64,000 nucleotides of DNA from Schmidtea polychroa (lineage: Eukaryota), in NCBI GenBank assembly GCA_044892525.1, contig CM097885.1, forward strand, positions 47,369,727-47,433,726. The letters run 5' to 3'. The translations under genes were made by a program, and so were the position numbers. This document shows positions 1-14,200 of the stretch, piece by piece. How positions within the stretch are numbered: position 1 is the first letter of the stretch; the number at the start of each line of letters is the position of its first letter. The notes beneath the pieces are model-generated. The model searched no databases, had not been told where the DNA came from, and saw only the letters and a program-made list of their open reading frames with translations.

Positions 1-1369
1 ATTTGTTGTAGACTAAAAAGGTAAATTTTTTTTTGTTTTTAAAATAGAACGTAACACGATACAAGGTTCAAAAGCACCACTCTACATAACACACAGACAC
101 GTTATTTTGTATCAAATTCGAGAATTCATCGTAGAAGAGAAGTTCTGTATCTAACAAACTTGGTAATTTTTTTATATAAATAAATCTTTAAAACAAACAT
201 TTTAGTTATATTTCATATTTATTTAAGAACCAGTAAAGTTGGGGATTTCATATATTTGAGACCCCAACAGTAAATTAAAATAGATAACGGATGTAAAGAC
301 GATAGTAAGTAAATAATAGAGTAAATAATAGTACTAAATGAATTAGGGCATATTACATCCAATTGAGTATTGTGAGATTAAAGACTTTAGTTTAACTGGA
401 TTGATTATCACCAAGGGTTTAATATGTTTCATATTATAAAAACATATTGTTCATATTGTGCAAAAGCTTTGTTCCATCAAAAAGATATGTTTTGTTACTA
501 ATATTTTTAATTAATTTCAACACTCAATTTCCATAAAGGAGTCATTTAGCAATAAGATTAAATATTAATATTAGATTAATTATAATCCAGACATTTATGG
601 CTTAATGATGAGGATAATTTGTTATGGGTTGGAAATTCATCTTCGATATACTGTCTATGGCCCAAAATTATCATAAATATGAAGTCAGACATTGGATCAA
701 TCCTGTCGTATCTAAGAAATCAGAAAACAAGGTCGTCCAGGCTTGCCTCCTATAGTCCTCAATTATGTCCTGCTTGACCTCTACTGGGTGTACTATTATC
801 GACCAGTTTGACATCTCAATAATGTCTATTCAGCACCCAACCACAATACCACTGCTCTATGTCACATTGTTTGACTGTCAAACTTTTCTTTAGCCATTAG
901 GATGATTCATAAGGTATGGGATGACGCGTTTGTTCAACGTGGCACCATCATACCGGTGCTCATTATGCATTTGTCCTAATGTTTATAATGTCCATAATGT
1001 TTAAAAATAATTTAGAGCATAACAATTTAAAATATTGAATTGCCGGATTATGTAATAAGTTATGAATTTATTCAAATAACTAAATGTCTCAAAATTTAGA
1101 TAATAATGATTCTGTTAATAAATTTTGTTATGAAAAAGTGAATCGTCCATGTCGAGATTCGAGATATTGAAATCTTTTTTAGCTCGATCAATCAAATGAG
1201 AACACACCCCTTCATTTGATTTAAGGCAAAAAATAAATTAAAAAATAAATTAGTAGATTGAAAATTTAATTTTTTAAATTAGAAATAAATAATATTGATT
1301 TTTTTATTAATATATTTCCTATGATTAGTCCTGAAATGGTTGTTGAGTATATACCTAGCAGCGTGAAAA

Positions 1370-1930
1370 CTTGCTATTATTACATAAACATTCGGATGTA
1401 GGTGACAATGTACGATGGAGATGTCAAATGCGAAGTTGTAAAGGCGCTGTCGTGGTCGATCCATCACATAATGTTATTCAATTTTTTTCACACGGCACGA
1501 AAGTGATGAACAAAAATTGAAACTTTTAAAGATTAAAAATGAAATAAAAATCAAAGCACTTGAATCACAGGTGATAACTTTGCATTTATTTGGGTCCGTT
1601 CTATAATTCTTAGTCAGTATAAAGTTTCAATGGGTTTTTCAAGTCATTCAACACATATTTCTTTATAGTGGAAAGGATTAAGAATAATAGAGAATTAAAA
1701 TTTTTTACTTAATCCATTAACCCACCAATGGAAACGAGACCACAATTTAAACTTGAACATATCCGAACAGACCAATGCTTTATTATTATATTTCTATTGA
1801 ACAAAATTTGAAACATTTAGTTTTTGCTCAACAGTATGTTCTAGTTATATTTCATGCCAGATATTTCCCAGGCCATTAAAAAGGTGTGGCACCAGCCTCG
1901 TTAAGTCTATCTGAAATTGATAAAGAATTT
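1370..1930 (+). mobile_element. Degenerate Mutator (MULE)-like transposase remnant with FLYWCH-type zinc finger
   Basis: Manual translation gives HKHSDVGDNVRWRCQMRSCKGAVVVDP..H.H (WrC-x4-C...HxH pattern) and later SQAIKKVW. Frameshifts and stops are present; boundaries are approximate. Confidence 0.45.
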
Positions 1931-2294
1931 CAATTTATGAAGTTTCTAATTATTCTTGTAATATCTTAGATTCATGAGCTTAACTTGCTATAAATAGAAA
2001 TATTTAAGTTATTTTTACTATTTTAATTATGTTTACTTCAGGACTTAAACTTTTATTTTATTAATTTTATTTTATTACTAAAATTAATTTATTTAATTAA
2101 ATTTGTTTCAATTTTCAAGTATAGTTGTGGCTTTTGGCGTGACAATATTATTTTCATAAAATATCATTAAATTTATCAAGTTCAAAATTTATTTTTCAAA
2201 AATATATGTTGATATTGAAGAAATATAGAAATTAATCAAAAATATAAAGTTAATATTTGCAATTTTTGTTAATAAGTATTGAATTTTATTGTTG

Positions 2295-5200
2295 ATGGAA
2301 GATGATTATGAATCATTGCCTGAGAATAGTAAATTATCAAATCACATGATAGCTGGAGCTTGTGCTGGGATCTTAGAGCACGCTTTGGTTTATCCTTTTG
2401 ATTCTATTAAGGTTTTTGGTATTTAAAAAAAAATAAGTATTAAGACTATTTAGACTCGTTTGCAATGTATTAGACCTAATCATGGAATTAAGTTTAAAGG
2501 AGTTATTGATGGACTATATCATATTGCAATGAAAGAAGGTATGAAACACACACTTAAAGGGCTAGGCGCTGTGATTATTGGTGCTGGTCCTGCACATGCT
2601 TTATACTTTGCTTCTTATGAATGGGTCAAGAAAAGTTTTTGCTGTCCATCTCTTGGCCATTTCAATTCAATTTCTTATGCTTGCGCTGGAGCTTTTGCAA
2701 CTTCTCTTCATGATGCAATAATGACACCGGCAGATGGTAAACTGTTTTGTAAATTTAAAAATGATATATTATAATTAATAATTTAATGACTCCATTTTTG
2801 TATTTTTTCATTTAATTGATGTATAACAATTTACAAGTTTACAAAACTATCCAAATATATTAACCCTTTCATTCGGGAATTAATTCTGTGGGTAAATTAA
2901 TTATCTAGACCATCAAACCTAGTAAGGGGACTCAAAAAATTATTGGCGCCAAATTATTAAAATGTACTAGATTCTAGTAGTGTCCAACAGAAATTTGATT
3001 GTAGCCACAATCGTCAATTTAGAAATTTTCATTCGCCACATTAAAATAAATTTAAAACAAAATGTTTTATAATAGTTTTTTATTTTAATCAATTTTAGGA
3101 ATTACACAAGTTTTTTTAATAACATTAAACACAAAATACAAAAATTATTTAATGTGATGCTTGGCAATTTTTTTCTTGCACAATACCCTTGAAATCTGAT
3201 GTAAACCTCACGCTAACTGCACATTTTAATTCTGCCTCCAAATTTTCATCACTAATATTGGATCGGTATTTTGATTTTATGAAAGTTACAGCTGAAAAAG
3301 TAGATTCGCAAACCCAAGTTGTTCCAAACATACTCAATAGTTTCGCAATAGCTGAGTTGAGAACCACAAACTCATTTGACTTTAAGAGGCGTGTCCACAT
3401 CATTAAAATAGATTCATCGTTTCTAGAATAATTGATCTGACTTTGAAGTAAAAGCATATCTGCTTCAAAATCACGTCGGTCCAAACTTAGCAAATTCGCG
3501 ATATCTTTAGACAACTCAGAATTGGTGATGTCAAAATGGAAAGGATCTTGCATCAGTTGAAAAGCAGGTCTAAATTTCTCAACATCAATAAAACGTTCTT
3601 CAAATTTTTCTTGTAGTTTCTGTAACCATCCGACATAACGCTGTATATTAAAATTGGTATCTTCTTTATATTTTTCCATATTATCGAAATGCGTGAAATC
3701 ATAATCTTTTAACTGTGTCAGAAAAAGTTTTAATTTAGAGACAAATTCTCGTATATACTGTGCCAAATCACATATTAGCTTTCCTTTTCCTTGAAGTTTT
3801 AAATTTAATTCATTAATATGTAACGTTATATCAGTGAGAAAAATTAAATCGCATTGCCATTCCTTATTTTCTATTTCAGAAAAATTGATAAGTATTTCTT
3901 TTTCTTGAAGGAAATTTCGGATGGGATTTAATAATGATACAAATCGTTCCAAAACTTTACCACGACTTAACCACCGAACATTTGTAAAAAATAGCAGATC
4001 TTTAAATTCAGTGCCCTCAATTTCCTTTAAAAGCTCCAGAAACTGACGATGGTTTGTAGCACTACTACGAATATAATTAACAACTTTAACAACTAAATCC
4101 ATCATATTTTTCAAAATGTCTGTTCCAGATAATTGAGCACATATATTTTCCACATGTATCATGCAGTGGAAAGAAGCGACCAAGCATACGTGTGTTTGTT
4201 GTTTCAAAATACCGACAAATCCAGATTTTTGTCCAAGCATCGCTGGAGCACCATCTGTTGTGACAGAAACTAATTTCGTCATATCTAATTGAAAGTCTTC
4301 AGCGACACTTTTGAAAATTTCAAAAATATCTACGCCTCTAGTACGGTCTTTCATTCCACGGATTGTCAACATTTCTTCATATATTTCCAAGTCTTTTGAA
4401 ACCAGGCGTATCCAAAAAATTAACTGAGCAGTCTCTCGGATGTCACATGACTCGTCTAATGCTAAAGAAAAACATATACAACTTTTCAAATGTTGGAGCA
4501 ATTGCTTATTGATGTTTTTCATCAAGTCTTGCATTCTACGAGCAATAGTTTGGTGACTCAATTGCATGTTTTCTATTTTTTGCATTATATCTTTCTTCAA
4601 AGGTTCTTCATAATTTTCAAGTAAAATTTCCATAATAGACAGGACAATCTCTTTGATTAGTTCTCCATCCGAAAAAGGTTTTCTTTTTTGAGCTAAAATC
4701 CAAGCCGTTTTGTAGCTAGCTAAAGTAATAAGTTCGGACGTAGTTAAAAACCGTTTAAAAAAAGATTGCTGTCCTTCTAATTTTGACTTTAAGCGAGTTA
4801 TTTCATTCGTTCTAACTTGCTTGCCGACAGGAAACTTACAATCAAATTCACTATGCATTTGTTGATAATGCTTTTTTATGCTGTCCACTTTATTGTCATT
4901 AAAAGTTTTGTTACACAATATACATACAGTTTTTTGGTTTTGTTCCATTACAGCAAATTCTAGTTCCCATTTACCATTAAATTTGCGGCAAACCTTTTTC
5001 CAATCTCTTTTTTGGGTTCTAATTGAGTTAAACCAGTTGCTTCTTCTTGCCTAGCTGAACTATCAGTATCGGAATGTCGTTTTAAATATTTATCCATTTT
5101 TTACGGTGAAATAATTTTAATATAATTTCAAAAGAATAATATGTAATATTTAAAGTCGCACGTTAGTTGTTTATTTAACAAAAACAAACATGAGACTAAT

Positions 5201-8200
5201 ACATGGGATTCATACAACGGGAAAACAAACCAAAAAAACGCCTACTTTGATGAAAATGTCATTTGTTTTTAAATTTTAAAAAAGCGTTTTCACAAATAGA
5301 TAAAGTGTAATCACAAATAGATAAGAAGCACATTTTGGCATAAATTTTTTTTTGTTTTCTGTTTACTACTTGTAACAAAATTATAATAAATTAGGAATTA
5401 ACTTAAACAATAATAAATATGAATGAGAGTGCAGATACTTAAAACATCCTACTGTCTCACTATGTGTACGTACGTAATGTTAGTTGGAACATAGTGCATT
5501 GGTTGGAAAAAGCAGTCTATATATAAATTTACAGAAAAGTACTGCTGTCTACATCTATTACATTCATAACGCTAACATAGTGTTTTTCGGTATACGACAG
5601 GTATACGGTTACTGACTGAGTTGCTACATAGTATAATGAGAGGAAAGAGGTAGATTAATATATTTTTTGTAGAATGTAGAGCTATCTCCTTTTTTTTCAT
5701 TGTAACCCAATTGTAAACGACAGCAATGCAGGTAAATAACAATAATAATCATTTAAATTACTTTAGTTTATTTGAAAACACCTAAATTAATTAAAAACGA
5801 AATTTTAGTTCTTAATAAACAATCACATGACACTATGTGTACGTAAATTTGACACACCGGGATCTGCCATGAGCATTTCTTAGCATGTAAGATTACAAAA
5901 TAAAAATTTGTCGTTGTTTATGTTTTGGTTACAACTTTGTATTATGGATAGAATTGAAGTATTAAATAAAACATAAAAAAAATGCTACATTCGCCACAAG
6001 CACATAGCCCACTCGCCACATGTGGCGAGTGGCGACTGTGTTGGACATCACTGTACTAGAACAAATTTCAATTTTCTTAAAAAGTACTTCTCACATTATA
6101 TTTTCGAAAAGGTACAACAGATATTCAGCACACAAAACTGTGTACAATATATTGTACACTCCGTATAAAAGGGTTAAATAACTATATATTTAGAGAAATG
6201 TTTTTGATGAAGAAATCTGGGTTGAATTGTAGTATTTTAACAATGGCTTCCTAATTGGCAATTTTAATGTAAGCGTTAATAATAAGAATCAACATTTTTT
6301 TGGATGTTTGTCGTTATTATTTATATTATTATTTTTTTATGTGATTGTTATTTTATTATTTTTACAAGTTAAAAAAAATATAATAACCAAAAAATTATTA
6401 TAAATTAAAATTTAAAAAAAAAATTCAGAAAAAACTAAGCAACTTAAAAAAAATCAAAGAAAAGAAATTGTAATAACCAAAGAAGAAATAAATAGAAACT
6501 CGAAAATATAAGGAATATACATGTCCTACATTATATCTAACAATCCGGGGAAATTAAAGGAAAACATTTGGCTATTATTCTTTACCTGGAGTAAAACTGA
6601 ATTGACAGAAATTATAATATTTGTGTATATGCCAATAGCGCTTTTAATCATTCATTATATTATTCATTACATCTAACAATTCTTCATTCAACTAAGATTC
6701 CAGAAATTAGATTGGGAATAACCAAATTCGGGAACATATTTGGTTCTGCATTATATCTAACAATTCGGGGCGATCAAAGTTTTTTATTCGTTTATATTAA
6801 CTGAATAAAGTTGTTAATTCTATCGTTATTAATTTATTCAAGGGCAAATATTTATTTTTATTGTACCAAATTCATTTTTCGAATTCTACATACATGTACC
6901 ACAGCAGTCCCAAAACAGATTTTAAAGGAGACTCTGGTGGGCTCTCACAATCTCCAAATATACATCTGCAACTAATTAAAACACAAGTATAATTATATAA
7001 TTTCATAAGACCACAATTCAATTCAATTATACAACCAAAACAGTAATAATATTAATATACCCTTGCGATATGTTGAGTGTGAGCAGTACCCTTGTGAGTA
7101 ATACCTATAGGGGGGGGACAAATTATCTTGTCGGATAAACTGAGTATATATAATAAAACTATGTATGATAAGGTATTGAATTTATTGTTTTGAATTAATT
7201 TCGCTGTTAAGATTCTGCAATTGATCTGAAATCTGTCTAAGCGTTGTGTTGATAAGTTATTCTGATGGGAAAACATAAAGTATCTCCACACCCTTGGACA
7301 TGCTAATGTCTCATAATACTAACTCTTTAATCAATATAAAAAGAAATACAATAGCTACATATCTATTACTGAAAATGTTGATGTTAAACCATTTAAACGT
7401 TTACTAATTTACCGAAAAAATTTTTATTTATTAAAACTGAGAGAAAAAGAACGAGTGGTGATTATCAAAATATAATTTTTATAAAAGATAGTTTACAATC
7501 ATATGCAAATATCAACAAAATTAAAAAAAAATTTTAAACTAAAAAATAAAAGGTTACTATTGATTCCAATGTAAGTTTATCAAGTCGAAGGTTCTCAAAT
7601 TTTGAATGATCGTTCTCGTGATTTGTCAAAAATTCTTAGGAATGATAATGAGCTGTATTCTGTCGCTAGTTTACTAGAATTTAAAAGAATCGGTTGTTGA
7701 GTTAATACCTAGGAAATTTTGAAAAATAGCATTAAAGCGTACAACTAAGAGGGACCCATATATAGTATTTTTACTAAAATTCTATCCAATCAGGATTGAG
7801 TGAGGGTGTAAAATTTTTCAATTTTCTAATTTATTTTGGATATTAATTCCAATTATTTTGATTGGTTAATTTTTTGTTTGTTTAACTTATTTGATTATTT
7901 TAATTAAGTTAATTTATTTTCGTCGATCCTGGTTGGATATAACGCGTTGTGTATCTCCTCGCCTTTTTCGGAGCTTTTTCCACCTTCTATGTCTTTTACG
8001 CGTTTATTTTTTCTTCTATTTAACTTGTTTAACCTGTACTACTTCTTGTATTATACGATTTTAATTATTTTTGTCTTTATTTACTTTGTTTTATTTAATG
8101 TTTCTTTATTATTTGAATTAACTTATTGCTTTCTCCGAGCTGTTTTGGTATCTTAGCTGACACTTCAATGCTGAAATGTTATTTATTAAAACAAAAATTA

Positions 8201-11200
8201 AAAACCAAACAAAAAGACAAATTTCTTTAATTTTAGCCCAACAAAACCAATTACGCTGTGCAAATACATGTGAACATAAAAGAATTAACTGAAAAAATTG
8301 AAAAACAATAAAATTTGCGGCCCATGATATATTTTTATTATTTTTTTTGCCCAGTAACCAACTTCTGTTGGACATCACTGATTTAGAAGATCGTCTAGCA
8401 GCTTCTAATAGTATTCATATAAGTTTTTACCCCCAGTTCTATTAAGGATTTCTCAATTACTAAATTTAACTCATTGTTTAATGCTAGTCGAGCTTAATTT
8501 TATTAATCATTTAAACAAAAATCTGTTGACATATCGATATTTTCGCGTTTGCATGAAGAAAATCTTTTTAGTATTTCAGTAGCTGAATTTAAAACTTGTT
8601 TCAAAGGTAAAACAAGAGTTAGGGTGAGATTAAAAATAGCCAAATTAATTAAAATTTTCTTTCAGTGTTAAATTCGATTCTGCATTGATACATATGATAG
8701 GTTGCAAGTGGTGGGTCACAGGCAATCCACATTTTACACTTTCGTATCATTTCAGACGTGGGCATACGACTAATACACGTTTATCTTGATGTGACTCCAA
8801 AGATCGGTACTCGCAAATAAAAACGGAGCTAACTTCTCGTACTAATATTTATTTATAAAAATTATATATGCACAATATGATTTTTGATGTACAATTAATA
8901 ATTTGTCGCAATAAAGCTGAAGCACAGAAATCTGTTATGCAAACCGTCCTCAGATATTTTTAAGACGGCGAATGCAGGATCCTAATTGATCAACAGCACC
9001 GCTCACTAGTAAAGGGAAAAGACAAGGGATTCCTTAAATTTAAACGCGATCGCTTACTATCCAGAACCGGTAGTAACGTTAACTAAAGATCTGGCCCCTG
9101 CTATTTAAATATTAAAAAAACTAGCAATGCAGTTTATAAAATTAGCTACGTGATGGAAGTTTCGACAAGGAGACTGCCCTGAAACAGGTGTTGGAGTTGC
9201 AACGCAAAATCATCAAGTTAAAGGGACGGTGCATGAAGATCGCGGACACATGGCTCAGTCCCATCGAGATCCAGAAGCGCCTGAACCTGAAATGAATTTC
9301 ACTTTAATCTTTTAAGTTACTGTATTTACTATCAACATTAATTTAAAAATTAATGCAGACCTCACTTTCTATAGATATCATAGATAAGCTTGACAATCGT
9401 TTCTATGATATTGTGGAAAGTATTTTTTATAATCTTTAAACCATGGGTCTCAAACTCAAACGATTCTACGGCTGCTTTAGCTAAAATGTACTTCATTTGC
9501 CTTAGTCATTGCAAAAGATTCATTTATAGATCTTAAGTACGAGCGAATTGTTAGGTGTTTATTTAATGCTGTACTGTATAGTTGTAGAATGTAACACTAA
9601 TATTAACTCAACATAAAGTGATTCGCTCTCAATTACATGTTTTAGTACATTTAGTAATTATTGAAAATTATGGAAATATTATTCTTTAATCAAAAACGGA
9701 CACATTTATTCTAGTTGAGTTTGTTCTAGTTTGTTTATTAAATTGTCACTAATCCATATGTTCGTCACTTTGACTACTCCGCTGACAGAATTTCACATGC
9801 ACTAGAAATTCAGCATTGGGCTTTATGTCACGTGATATAATCAGTTGTAAGGTTGCCTGCAAATGTTCGTTCATTTTTGATATTTCTACCTCATACGGTG
9901 AATAAGTTAGTATACGTCTCGATTTCCAAACATTTATAGAAGTCGGGAAGGATATTAGCAATATACTTCTGTTTCAGAATAGTGTCACATTGAAGTTACA
10001 ATATTTTCAGTTTTTTTCCATGGCAGTCCAGAGCTTTCAATGCATATTTCTAGTTCTTGGATTATATGTCGCGTCATGTTGTGCCATTCAGAAACAGGAC
10101 ATCCAATAATTCTTTAGTAACATTAAGATCTTTGTCAACTTCTCGAATGACTGTTGTATACTGAGAGATACCTGTTATGCATGTACCCATCAAGCGCAAT
10201 TAACCATACGTCAAAATATTTTGCAATATGATCCAATTGCTTATGAGCATCGTTCGATAATTCCATAATCCTACTGGCAACTGTATTTACAGACAAGCTT
10301 ATGCTTACAAATACTTTTCTTTAATAAGAACTAAGACTTTCACTGCGTTCTAGGGATCATCCTTTAAAACCCTTCAATGATTTAGCAATCCTGCTGATGA
10401 AAAAGCTTGCTCTTACAAAATCTTCAGAGGATTCGTTCATATTCTTGAAGAGTTTAAATGCTTAGCAATTGAAGAAATGAAATGTTGAACTTTGTCATCT
10501 TGATTTTTCTAGTTATTGTTTCATACTGTTCATTATGTATTATATCTTAGTGCACTGCATGGAAATGAGACATTGAATTTTGTTCTACATTTCCGTCACA
10601 AATTATAGATTTTCAAAGCTCTCTTGAAACGTTCGTTTTCATCGGTAATGGTTCTTTTCTTTAACAATCACACGAGTTAAGAATAAAAAATTAAAAAACT
10701 AAACAACTAGCAGTAGTTTAATTATTAAAGTATTTCAAGTCTATATTATTGTAATTATTTAATTGCAAAGCTAACAGGACTGTTGGTGCACTATGTGACT
10801 TTACCTCATCAGGTTCAGTTGATTGTTAAACCCAATTAGATTTGGACTAAGGGTCCTAATTGGTCCTATCCACGCCAAACACGACTATTGAACCAACCAA
10901 CTGCATACCTGTGTTGAGGTTCTCAAATCTCAACTTGATGGTTCCTATATAAATAAGAACACAAACACTGGTTCAATAAATTTAATTACACCATTGTTTC
11001 ACATCCTCTTTAAGATTTTCCCAGTAATAGTTTTGTAATAATCTATTAGCTGTCTTTCTAGTTGATAATGTCCTCCGAGTGCGCCATCATGATATTGTAG
11101 CAAAAGTATTTTCTTCAGTTTTTGTGGTACTACAATAAGTCTTTTACCGGTAACGTCTTCCATTGTTAAAAAGTTTTGATTAATTTTATATTTGTGATTT

Positions 11201-14200
11201 GTTCCTTTAATAACTTCGTCTTTAATTTTTTTAATTTAATTGTTTTTTGTATATATCAATTGGATTTTCTGCTACAACGGCAAAAACTTCTAGAACACTT
11301 AGTTCTGGTATACGTGATAATGCATCTGCATTTTTGTTTATTCGGCCTTGTCTGTAGATTATTTTTACATGCATATCTTGTATTTTCATTGCCCATTTTA
11401 GCAATCTACTTGATGTATCTTTATGTTTCCATAATCCTTCTTATTATTATTTCTGATTCATATACATATTGTTTGAACTGTTTAAGTGCAAACATTATTG
11501 CGTAAAATTCATTTTCTATAGTTGAGTATCGAGTTTCTGCACTTTTTAATGTTTTACTTCCATATGCAATGAAATAGTCCTTGTCATTTTCTTCCTCTTG
11601 ACCTAGAACTGCTCCTACAGCTTTTCCACTGGCATCGGTCATTTTAATAAATTGTTTAGTAAAATAGGCGTGGTTGTTAGTTTTTCTTTAAGTAGTTCGA
11701 AGGCATTTTGTTGTTTCGGTGTCCATAATTTTTGTGGTTTTTCACTATCTTTATTTATTTTCTGTACAACATGTTTTTCTGCCATCTTGTTTCGTTTTTA
11801 TTCCTTTTGTTAGTTTAATTAATTACATAGTTTTCTATAAATTTTCGATAATATCCTATGAGGCCTATAAACCCTTGTATTTCCTTTACGTTTTTTGGTA
11901 TGGGGAATCGTTGTACTGTTTTGATCTTATCTGGATTTGGAACGATCCCCTCAATTGAAACGATAAATAATATATAAACTCAAATGAAAGATGGATCCAT
12001 TTGAAAATTTTTCGTAAAATTTAGAATGAAAATAATTGAGGGAAAGTGTAGAAATTTTTTAATTAACAGAAAAATTGACAGCTTATTATAAAACTAAAAT
12101 TTAAAGCAAAATGAAAATTACTAAGCTGAAATGCTAAAATGTCAAAAATTTATCAAACTTTTATCTTCAGTCTAAATACATTATGAAAACATTTCAAAAT
12201 TTGATAATTTATTTTTATTTAGCTATTAAACAACGTCTTCAATTGTATCAAAGTCCGTACCGGAATTCTTATGAATGCTTTAGTCGTGTTTTAAGAAATG
12301 AAGGATTCCCGGTTTTATATCGTGCCTATGGGGCCCAGTTAACTATGAACTTGCCCTATCATTCAATCTATATTCTTATATATGAATATGGACAAAACTT
12401 TTCTAATCCAGATAGAGAGTATATTCCTCTTGCACATATATTATCTGCAAGTGTTGCTGCTGCTATATCTTCTTTTTTGACAAACCCTCTCGACGTTTGC
12501 AAAACTGTTCTAAATACACAGGTTGATATTTTATTAATATAATTACTTCTTTAATATTCATTTCAATAGAACTATTTTTAAGCAATTTATTTAAGGTAAT
12601 ATCAAATTCTTTACAAATACAGTCTATGTTGTCTATCGTGAACTCACTATACTGTGAACAAAGTATGTATTTTTGGAACTTCGAATATGGATTAAAAGAT
12701 TTTTAATCATGTGTTCATAAAAAGTTAAACTTTGTATCGTGAACATGAATTTTCGAATTTAAATTTTCTATTGATTATAATAATCATTTAATCATATAAA
12801 ACGAATAAAATAGACTCATATATCATGAAAAACAAATCCTGCTAAAGATCGTGTCAAGTTAACTTTGGCTGACAAAAAGAATCTGTCGGGTTAGTTAACT
12901 AGCTTTTAACTTTAGACTCAGAATATCTGCAGATCAAGGAAAATGATAACAAAATTAGAAATGTAAAACTTAGGAAGACAAAGGATATTGATCCCATTTT
13001 ATGTAGGTGGTTTCAAGGATCGAGAAGTAGAAACATGACAATATCTTCTAAAGTAATTGCTGAGAAATTAGGCATATCAGATTTCGAGGCATCAACTGTG
13101 TGGTTATCTTCATTTCTAAGACGAAATAACATAAAATCTAAAAGAATAAATGGGGAAGCAAATTTAGTTGACGTTAATATTTTGGAGAATTTTAAAAATA
13201 TTTTAAAAGACTAATTGTCTCAATGTAAGGATTAAAATGTATTTAATTGTTATGAAACGGGTCTGATGAATAGACATAGAAAAACTTATGCATTTTCGAA
13301 TTCAGATAGAGCTAATGGCAAATTTTCCAAAGAAAGAATAACAATATTGTTTGCAGTAAGTAAAACTGGGGGAAAATCTAGGCCACCTGTAATTGGGAAA
13401 TCAAAAAATCCTCGATGTTTTAAAGGAAAAAATACACTCAAACTACCAGTATTATATGAGGCAAATAATAAAAGCTGGATGAATTCTACAATATTTTGTG
13501 ATTGGTTAAAAGAAATAAATTCGCAAATGATAAAAGAGAACAGAAAGATATTATTAACATTGGATAATGCCCCTGTACACCACAAGGATTACAAGTTTTC
13601 AAATGTCGAACTGCTCTTTCACCCTTCAAATACTATCTCAAAGATACAAATGTTTACAAAAAATTACCATTTCGGATGCAATTCTTTGAACAGCAAGAGC
13701 TTGGGAAAATATAACTTAAGAAACGATCGTAATTGTTTTTAAAGAGGCATTGAAAATTGCTATAATGAACTTGATTCCGATATTCCTACACACGAAATAC
13801 TTCCTGAAAACGATGATAATATGCTCAATTATATTATTAAAGAAGAAAGTTAAACTTTGTATCGTGAACATGAATTTTCGAATTTAAATTTTCTATTGAT
13901 TATAATAATCATTTAATCATATAAAACGAATAAAATAGACTCATATATCATGAAAAACAAATCCTGCTAAAGATCGTGTCAAGTTAACTTTGGCTGACAA
14001 AAAGAATCTAGCATTGTCATTGAAGAATGAAGAAGTTAAAAATCAGCAATTTTTAGCAAATAAATATTCAATTTCTGTCGGGTTGGTTAACTAGCTTTTA
14101 AATACAAAATGTTGTTATTTTCTGATGTAAAATCAAGGATGGATGAAGATACTGAAATCAATTTTGCAAAATGTTTACAAAAAATTACCATTTCGGATGC

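Larger units (their letters stand above)
2864..6173. mobile_element. Non-autonomous piggyBac-type element (about 230 bp of its own sequence) split by a hAT insertion
   Basis: TTAA at 2860-2863 then CCCTTTCATTCGG; CCGTATAAAAGGG then TTAA at 6174-6177. A 20-bp palindrome lies at 6140-6159. A similar TIR ends the piggyBac remnant at 40005. Confidence 0.7.

Noticed and set aside
1..440. Short GT-AG intron-like segments suggesting the tail of a spliced gene
   Set aside because: Every frame I tried hits stops inside the putative exons and no protein family was recognisable. It may be a pseudogene but cannot be supported.
6520..6775. Repeated ACATTATATCTAACAAT(C/T)CGGGG motifs as a CRISPR-like array
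   Set aside because: Only two or three degenerate copies with irregular spacing, in a eukaryotic intron with no cas genes. More likely transposon subterminal repeats.
10765..10815. Canonical CUGAUGAG hammerhead on the minus strand
   Set aside because: GAAA is absent (reads CCAACAG) and stem I does not pair convincingly.
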